Positions 57,850 through 64,000 of a stretch of 64,000 nucleotides of DNA are shown piece by piece. Location: positions 928,001 to 992,000 of the forward strand of contig CAVVLJ010000017.1 in NCBI GenBank assembly GCA_963749075.1, in the 5' to 3' direction. The position numbers and the translations under genes were made by a program. Under the pieces are notes generated by a model, which worked only from the letters and a program-made list of their open reading frames with translations, was not told where the DNA came from and did no database searches. The stretch comes from an uncultured Pseudomonadota bacterium (GTDB taxonomy: Bacteria > Pseudomonadota > Alphaproteobacteria > JACZXZ01). The number at the start of each line of letters is the position of its first letter. Position 1 is the stretch's first letter.

Positions 57850-57942
57850 GGAGGCCTGCGGCTCACGCGCCTCTGCAGCCAACGGCGTGCCTGGCAGAAC
57901 CGCCTCCTCACCCGGCCCCTCTCCTCCTTCAGGAGGAGAGGG
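57792..57942. repeat. Inverted pair of second-family REP-like hairpins between convergent genes
   Basis: CCTCTCCTCC-TTCA-GGAGGAGAGG occurs twice, in units 57792-57854 and 57903-57942 that face each other. Confidence 0.8.
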
Positions 57943-57969
57943 CGATAGCCGCCGCGTGGATCGCCGCAC

Positions 57970-59373
57970 TCACGCCGCACCCGCCGCCTTGAGCTCGGAC
58001 GCAGCCCGGCGGTAGGACCAGAGGGTCACGGGCTCGCGCCGGCCGCGGAGCTTGCGCGGACGGTCGACGACGAAGCCCTCGAGGACGCGCGCCGTCTCCT
58101 CCGCCGACTCCTGGCGCGCCGCATCGACCACGTCCTGGCTCGCCAGGATGTCGCTGCCGACAACACGGGTGAAGCGCTCGATGCGGCTCGCCACGTTGAC
58201 CGTGTCGCCGATCACCGCGAACTCGAGGCGGCGCTCGTCGCCGATGTCCCCGAGCACGGCCAGGCCGTAGTGGACGCCGATGCCGATGCGGATCGGCTCG
58301 GCGCCGCGCGCCAGACGCTTCTCGTTCCAGCGCGCGAGCTCGTCGATCATGGCGCGGGCGGTCGCGAGCGCGTTGAGCGCGTCGCGTGCACCGCCGCGCG
58401 GCGTGCCGAAGGTCGCCATCACCGCGTCGCCGATGTATTTGTCGAGCGTGCCGCCGTGCGCGAAGACGACGCTCGCCATGCGCCGGTGAAAGCTGCGCAG
58501 GAGCTCGATCACGCGCTCCGGCGGCAGGCGCTCCGAGGTGCGCGTGAAGTTGACGATGTCGGCGAAGAGCACGGCAACGCGCTGGGTGCGCACCGGGCCC
58601 AGGGGCTCGCCCAGCTCCTCGAGCTCGTCGATCAGGTTGGGCGAGAAGTAGCGGGCGAGCTGCGCGCGGCCGCGCTCGACGGTCACCCGGCGGCGCATCA
58701 GCCGCCGCGTGCGCCACGCCAGGACCGAGAGCAGGGCGCCCACCGTCAGGAGCACGAAGACGACGTTCTGGAAGCTCGCCACGTCGACGAAATTGGGGTC
58801 GCACATGATGGCCAGCATGCGCCGCGGCTCCTGGGCCGCGATCTGCCAGAGGCTGGCCACGCCGAAGGCGCCCGGCTGCATGAGGATGTAGAAGAAGGCC
58901 GCGGACCAGGCGAGCGTCACGACGACCGTATTCCACATGGTCCGCCACGGCGATTGGTGGAAGGCGGAGAGCGCGAAAGGCACGAAGAGGAAGGCGAAGG
59001 TGCCGAAGCGCAGCAGCACGGGGAACGGCAGGCGCGGCGCGTTCCACGGCATGATGGGCAACAGGTTGTCGACGAGCAGGAAGGCGTCGATGAGGGGAAA
59101 GAAGACGCCGTACCAGGGCTGCACGCGCCTGTTGCGGCTGAGCGCGTAGTAGAGCCAGCCGAGGGCTATGAAGAGCATGCAGCTCACTACGTTCTCGGCG
59201 AGGTGCGCCTCGTGGCCGATGGCGAGGAGCCAGAGCGCCACCGCGGCGAGCGCCCAGGTCCTGATCCAGGCGAGGAGGCGCAGGTTGGCGACCTCCTCCT
59301 TGCGCAGCATGGCGTCGAGCCGCATATCGCTCCGCTGCAGAAGGTCAGGTGCCTGCGGTTGGACTTGGCTCAT
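57970..59373 (-). CDS. Membrane-bound class III adenylate/guanylate cyclase
   Basis: About 6 TM; FADIVNFT, DKYIGDAVMA, IGDTVNVASRIE. Confidence 0.9.
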   Translation of the reverse strand: MSQVQPQAPDLLQRSDMRLDAMLRKEEVANLRLLAWIRTWALAAVALWLLAIGHEAHLAENVVSCMLFIALGWLYYALSRNRRVQPWYGVFFPLIDAFLLVDNLLPIMPWNAPRLPFPVLLRFGTFAFLFVPFALSAFHQSPWRTMWNTVVVTLAWSAAFFYILMQPGAFGVASLWQIAAQEPRRMLAIMCDPNFVDVASFQNVVFVLLTVGALLSVLAWRTRRLMRRRVTVERGRAQLARYFSPNLIDELEELGEPLGPVRTQRVAVLFADIVNFTRTSERLPPERVIELLRSFHRRMASVVFAHGGTLDKYIGDAVMATFGTPRGGARDALNALATARAMIDELARWNEKRLARGAEPIRIGIGVHYGLAVLGDIGDERRLEFAVIGDTVNVASRIERFTRVVGSDILASQDVVDAARQESAEETARVLEGFVVDRPRKLRGRREPVTLWSYRRAASELKAAGAA

Positions 59374-59414
59374 GGCCGCTCCCCCTCGATGCGCGCCGTC
59401 TGCCGCCGCGTGCC

Positions 59415-60212
59415 TCAGACGCAGCTCACCGAGAGGCCGCCGTCGACGACGAGCTCGCTGCCGGTAATGTACTTGGCCTCGTCCGAGGCGAGAAAGAGCG
59501 CCGCATAGGCCACGTCCCAGGCGTCGCCCATGCGGCCCGTGGGGCATTGCGCGTCGCGCTTCTCGACCATCTCCTCGACGCTGGGACCATAGGCACCGAC
59601 CAGCGAGGCGTGCACCATCGGCGTGTTCATGAGGCCGGGGAGGATGGAGTTGGCGCGGATGCCGGCGCGCGCATATTGCAGCGCCACCACGCGGGTGAAG
59701 TGGATGACGGCCGCCTTGGTGGCCGAATAGGAGACGTAGGGCACCCCCGTCCAGCGGATGCCCGAGATCGAGGCGATGTTGACGATGGCGCCCTTGCCTT
59801 GGCGCTCCATGTGCGGCAGCGCGTACTTGCAGGTGAGGAACATGCTCTTGAGGTTCACGTCGTTGACGCGGTCCCAGCTCTCCTCGCTGGTCTCCACGGG
59901 ACCGCCGACCTCGACGATGCCGACGTTGTTGTGCAGCACGTCGATGCGGCCGAAGGCGGCGATGCAGGCCTCGACCGTGGCCGCCACCTCCTTCGCCTTG
60001 CTCACGTCGCAGGCGACCGCCCGGCAAAGGCCGCCCTCGGCTGCGATGATGCGCTCGGTCTCGCGCGCCGCCTCGAGCCTGATGTCGGCTGCGAGCACCT
60101 TGGCGCCCTCGCGCGCGAAGAGCACCGCCGCCGCCTTGCCGTTGCCCCAGCCCGGGCCGACCGAGCCGGCACCCGTCACGAGGGCCACCTTGTCCTTGAG
60201 CCGTCCCGCCAT
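59415..60212 (-). CDS. Short-chain dehydrogenase/reductase
   Basis: TGAGSVGPGWGNG, NNVG, YSATK, PG, VDGG. Confidence 0.92.
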   Translation of the reverse strand: MAGRLKDKVALVTGAGSVGPGWGNGKAAAVLFAREGAKVLAADIRLEAARETERIIAAEGGLCRAVACDVSKAKEVAATVEACIAAFGRIDVLHNNVGIVEVGGPVETSEESWDRVNDVNLKSMFLTCKYALPHMERQGKGAIVNIASISGIRWTGVPYVSYSATKAAVIHFTRVVALQYARAGIRANSILPGLMNTPMVHASLVGAYGPSVEEMVEKRDAQCPTGRMGDAWDVAYAALFLASDEAKYITGSELVVDGGLSVSCV

Positions 60213-60278
60213 TCTCGGGTCCTCCCATGCGCTTTATCTGAAGGAAACCTTAGGACCCGGACACCGCGGTGTCACTCC

Positions 60279-60638
60279 TCACCAGCGCCCGCGGCGGCGG
60301 TTCCAGGCATAGAGTCGGTGGGCCAGGCGGTCATAGAGCCAGCTAAGGACCGGCCGCACGACGGGGAGCGCGACGAGGCAGGCGAGCCAGCGCCAGCCGG
60401 GGAGCTCGCGCCAGATGGCGGCGAAGGCCTCGGGACCGCGGCAGAGCCGGCCGGAGCCGTCGATCGCGTGAAGCCGCAGGCGCACGTCATCGACCCCGAC
60501 GCCGCGCGGGGTGAGCGCCTCGGGCGCCTCGTTGATGTCGATCCATTCGCATGGTGCTGCGGCGCGCTCGGCGCGGCGCCGCTGGTCGCGAACGCCCGCG
60601 GCGCAGACCGGACACTTGCCGTTGTAGTAGGTCGTCAC
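60279..60638 (-). CDS. DCC1/DUF393 thiol-disulfide oxidoreductase family protein
   Basis: YYNGKCPVC, LHAID, AFAAIW, WLYD; GTGA overlap with the CoA ligase stop. Confidence 0.8.
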   Translation of the reverse strand: MTTYYNGKCPVCAAGVRDQRRRAERAAAPCEWIDINEAPEALTPRGVGVDDVRLRLHAIDGSGRLCRGPEAFAAIWRELPGWRWLACLVALPVVRPVLSWLYDRLAHRLYAWNRRRGRW

Positions 60639-62188
60639 CCCATGGCGCGCGATCCGGCGGCTTCCGCCTTGAGCCGCTCGCGGAGCTCGGTCTTGAGGAT
60701 CTTGCCGTAGTTGTTCTTGGGCAGCGCCGCCACGAAGCGGTACTCCTTGGGCCGCTTGAAGCGCGCGATATTGTCGAGGCAGAGGCGGTCGAGCTCGGCC
60801 GCGGTGACCTCTGCGCCCTCCGCCGCGACGACGAAGGCGACCACCTCCTCGCCCCATTCGGGATGCGCGCGGCCGACCACCGACGCCTCGTGCACGCGCG
60901 GGTGGGAGAGCAGCACCTCCTCGACCTCGCGCGGATAGACGTTCGAGCCGCCGCTGATGATGAGGTCCTTGGAGCGGTCCTTGAGCGTGAGGAAACCCTC
61001 CTCGTCGAGCATGCCCACGTCGCCGGTATGGAGCCAGCCGCCCTTGAGCGCGGCAGCGCTCGCCTCCGGGTTCCGCCAATAGCCCTTCATGACGCAGTCC
61101 CCGCGCGCCAGGATCTCGCCCGTCTCGCCGGCAGCGAGCGGCCGGTCGTCCGCGTCGGCGATGCGCACCTCCATGCCCGTATAGGCGATGCCGGCCGACG
61201 CGAGATGCTGCTCGTAGTGCCTGTGCGCGGTCTCGGCGTGGTGCTTGCGCGACAGGCAGGTGATCGTCATCGGGCTCTCGCCCTGGCCGTAGATCTGCAC
61301 GAGCCGGTTGCCGAGGGTCGCGAGCGCCTCCTTGAGGTCCGAGACGTACATGGGTGCTCCGCCGTAGACGATGGTCTTGAGGTTGCGGAGATCGGCCTCC
61401 CTGAGGCCGCGATAATCGAGCAGGCGGCGCACCATGGTCGGGGCATGGAACATGGCGACGCCGCGGTGCGCCGGCACGAGGCGGCAGATCTCGCCCGCAT
61501 CGAAGCCGCCGCTCTCGGGCACCACGTTGCAGGCTGCCTTGGCCACGTGGGGGACGATGTAGAGCCCCGAGCCGTGCGACATCGGGGCGGCGTGGATGAT
61601 GGCGTCGCCGGGTGCGATTGCGTCCACGTCGGCAAAATAGCAGAGTGCCGCGCTCACCAGGTTGCGGTGGCTGAGCATGACGCCCTTGGGCCGGCCGGTG
61701 GTACCGCTCGTATAGAAGAGCCAGGCCACCTCCTCGCCGCCGCACTCGGCAGCCGGCAGGGGCTCGCTTCCGAGAAGCCGGTCGTACTCGGGCCCCGGCA
61801 CCTCGACGAGGCGGTCGAGGAGCGCCGGGGGCGCCGCCGCCGAGGCAATGGCGGCCGCCAGCTCCGCCGTCGCCAAGCAGGCGCCGGCACCGCTGTTCTC
61901 GAGGATATAGGCGATCTCGCGGGCATGGAGCTTGGCATTGACCGGCACGACCGCGAGGCCGGCATGCCAGGCGGCATACATCGCCTCGACATATTCGGGC
62001 ACGTTCCTCATCGCGATGGCGACGCGGTCGCCGGGGACGAGGCCGAGGTGCGCCTTGAGCCCGCCCGCAAGCCCGGCCACGCGCCGCTCAAGCGCGCGGT
62101 AGTCGAAGAGCACGCGCTCGCCCAAGGCCACGGCCGGAAGCTCCGGCGAGTGGCGCGCCGCGCTCGCCAGCATCTCAGCGAGGTTCAT
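60635..62188 (-). CDS. Long-chain acyl-CoA synthetase (AMP-binding)
   Basis: YTSGTTGRPKG, YGQGE, WLHTGD, DRSKD, LPKNNYGKI. Confidence 0.92.
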   Translation of the reverse strand: MNLAEMLASAARHSPELPAVALGERVLFDYRALERRVAGLAGGLKAHLGLVPGDRVAIAMRNVPEYVEAMYAAWHAGLAVVPVNAKLHAREIAYILENSGAGACLATAELAAAIASAAAPPALLDRLVEVPGPEYDRLLGSEPLPAAECGGEEVAWLFYTSGTTGRPKGVMLSHRNLVSAALCYFADVDAIAPGDAIIHAAPMSHGSGLYIVPHVAKAACNVVPESGGFDAGEICRLVPAHRGVAMFHAPTMVRRLLDYRGLREADLRNLKTIVYGGAPMYVSDLKEALATLGNRLVQIYGQGESPMTITCLSRKHHAETAHRHYEQHLASAGIAYTGMEVRIADADDRPLAAGETGEILARGDCVMKGYWRNPEASAAALKGGWLHTGDVGMLDEEGFLTLKDRSKDLIISGGSNVYPREVEEVLLSHPRVHEASVVGRAHPEWGEEVVAFVVAAEGAEVTAAELDRLCLDNIARFKRPKEYRFVAALPKNNYGKILKTELRERLKAEAAGSRAMG

Positions 62189-62356
62189 GGCCTTCTCCCG
62201 AGCAGCCGTGCCGCCCTCCTGCACTGCGACTGAAGCAAAGCCCGGCCGCCGCCGCAAGGGGGGTGCTGCGGCCCCCTCGCGCATCGCGTGGCCGCAGCAC
62301 CATATCTTAGCCAGAATCTCAGCGAGAATGGCCGGTCGTCAGGAGGGAGGAGTCCC

Positions 62357-63064
62357 ATGATGCGCGTGACACTGCTCGCGGCCTTGGCCGCCGCGGCCTC
62401 TTGGGCCTGCCCGGCGAGTGCCGAGTTTGCCAAGGGCAAGGACGCCTTCGACCACGGCAATTACAACCTTGCTTACACGGAGCTCATGGAGGACGCCCAG
62501 ACCGGCAACGCCGAGGCCGAGTTCATGATCGGCGAGATGGCGGCCGGCGGCCTCGGAACGCCGCGCAGCTACGCCCTCGCGGCGCAATGGTACCGCCTCG
62601 CCGCCGCCAAGGGCTATGAGCCGGCCAGCCTCGCGTTGGGCCTCCTCTACCTCCGCGGCGCCGGCAACGACGACGATCCCTCGCGCGTCGCCGCCGATCC
62701 CGCCGCCGCGGTGGCCTATCTCAAGGCGGCGGCCGATGCCGGCGACTCGAGCGCCCAGTCCCTCATGGGCCAGCTCTACATGACGGGCACAGGCGTCGAG
62801 CGGGACAGCTCGCTCGCGCGGCGCTACACGCTCAAGGCGGCGGAGCGCGGCGTGGTCGAGGCCGAATTCAATGCCGGCCTCCTCATCCTCCGCAATGCCG
62901 GCACGGCACCCGACCTGGCCAACGCCTACAAATGGTTCTCGCTCGCGGCGCGCCAGGGCTATCCGGGCGCCGACGAGAACCGCCGCTACGTCATGGCGCG
63001 GATGTCGCCCGGCGAGCTCCAGCGCGGCGAGGCGCTGGTCGCCGCCTTCCAGCCGGCGCCGTGA
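62357..63064 (+). CDS. Sel1-repeat exported protein
   Basis: Signal peptide; repeated A..WY..AA.G and AYKWF..AA.QG. Confidence 0.85.
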   Translation: MMRVTLLAALAAAASWACPASAEFAKGKDAFDHGNYNLAYTELMEDAQTGNAEAEFMIGEMAAGGLGTPRSYALAAQWYRLAAAKGYEPASLALGLLYLRGAGNDDDPSRVAADPAAAVAYLKAAADAGDSSAQSLMGQLYMTGTGVERDSSLARRYTLKAAERGVVEAEFNAGLLILRNAGTAPDLANAYKWFSLAARQGYPGADENRRYVMARMSPGELQRGEALVAAFQPAP

Positions 63065-63152
63065 CCGCGTCGCGGCCGCGCTATCGTGCTAGGCTCTCCT
63101 CGGCGCGCGAGGCAGGGGGCCTCGGCGCGGGGATGAATTCCGGGGGGGAACC

Positions 63153-63410
63153 ATGACCGACATCCGCAGCCTGGTCGCTCTGCTCGTGGTGGGCCTGATT
63201 GCCGGCTGGCTCGCCGGCAAGATCGTGCGCGGTCACGGTTTCGGCCTGATCGGCGACATCGTTGTCGGCATTGTCGGCGCCTTCATCGGGACATACATTT
63301 TCCACGCACTCGGCGTCTTCATCGGGATGGGCATCGTCGGCGCGATCATCGGTGCGACCGTCGGTGCCGTGGTGCTGCTCGCCATCATCGGGCTGATCAA
63401 AAGACTTTGA
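63153..63410 (+). CDS. GlsB/YeaQ/YmgE transglycosylase-associated membrane protein
   Basis: GLIAGWLAGKI, DIVVGIVGAFIG, GAVVLL. Confidence 0.9.
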   Translation: MTDIRSLVALLVVGLIAGWLAGKIVRGHGFGLIGDIVVGIVGAFIGTYIFHALGVFIGMGIVGAIIGATVGAVVLLAIIGLIKRL

Positions 63411-63462
63411 TCGATGCTGCGGGCGCGCCGCTGCCCGAAGCTCGCAGGCCCTCAAAGCCCCG

Positions 63463-64000
63463 ATGACCAGAAAGGCGCCTCAACCGGCGGCAGGATTGCG
63501 CTCAGCGCCCAGGTTGCGCAACCGGGCCGTCGCCTCGCTGTCGCTCGGCGCCGCCCTCGCGGGGCTAATCATGCCCGTCGTCCTATGGTCGATCTCGTTC
63601 GATGCAGCGTTCATGCTGGCCTTGCCGTTCCTGGCGCTTTGGGCGCTAGCAGCGCTGACGGTATTCGTCTTTGCCCTCATCACGGCACTCCGGCGGCGCT
63701 GGCGGCGCGCCCTGTCGCTCTCGGCCTTTCCCCTTGTCGCGATGGCGGCATTCCTCAACTTCGGGTACCTATGGCAACACGCGATCGACTTCGGCGAGAC
63801 AATCCATTTCTTCGCCTATCGGTCCACTTATCTTGCGGAGGCCGCCAAGCTGCCCGCCAGTCCGGCGCCACGCCTCGCGAGCTTCAATTCAGGGGAGTTC
63901 ATCGCCGCGGACTCCGTCGCCTATGACGAAAGCGACGAGATCGACCGGCCCGAGGGGCAAGAGAGCGAGGCCTGGAAGAAGCGGATCAAGGGGACGGAGC
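63463..64000 (+). CDS. Hypothetical membrane protein, runs off the window
   Basis: Hand-translated open frame MTRKAPQ..., three hydrophobic segments then YDESDEI; absent from ORF track because no stop. Confidence 0.6.
   Translation, partial: MTRKAPQPAAGLRSAPRLRNRAVASLSLGAALAGLIMPVVLWSISFDAAFMLALPFLALWALAALTVFVFALITALRRRWRRALSLSAFPLVAMAAFLNFGYLWQHAIDFGETIHFFAYRSTYLAEAAKLPASPAPRLASFNSGEFIAADSVAYDESDEIDRPEGQESEAWKKRIKGTE

Overview
High-GC (about 70% by eye) chromosomal segment, most likely from an alphaproteobacterium (inferred from gene content and repeat types). It holds about 60 genes, mostly transport and catabolism. Transport: a TRAP locus with one TakP-like binding protein and two DctQM pairs, a split Liv-type ABC system, and an archaeal-type WtpABC tungstate/molybdate importer inside a Moco cluster (moaA, fdhD, mobA, HTH_17-PBP regulator, oxyR). 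Mobile and repeat content: four type II toxin-antitoxin modules (VapBC, HigBA, MqsRA, a broken BrnTA), one complete 1484-bp IS4-family element inserted inside a REP palindrome with a 10-bp target duplication, and two families of REP-like palindromes. Best leads: (1) a signal-peptide-bearing NylC (nylon hydrolase)-like Ntn hydrolase with an extra C-terminal domain; (2) a stand-alone lpxD-ACP-NodE-like ketosynthase operon that may make a specialised, possibly 3-oxo, acyl chain for lipid A; (3) a DUF2478-DUF364 fusion and the W/Mo cluster; (4) REP elements acting as IS target, toxin disruptor and donors of protein C-termini. Two single-base frameshifts (moaA, second dctM) look like sequencing errors. 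No rRNA, tRNA or CRISPR array was recognised. All family assignments come from motif recognition, not database searches.
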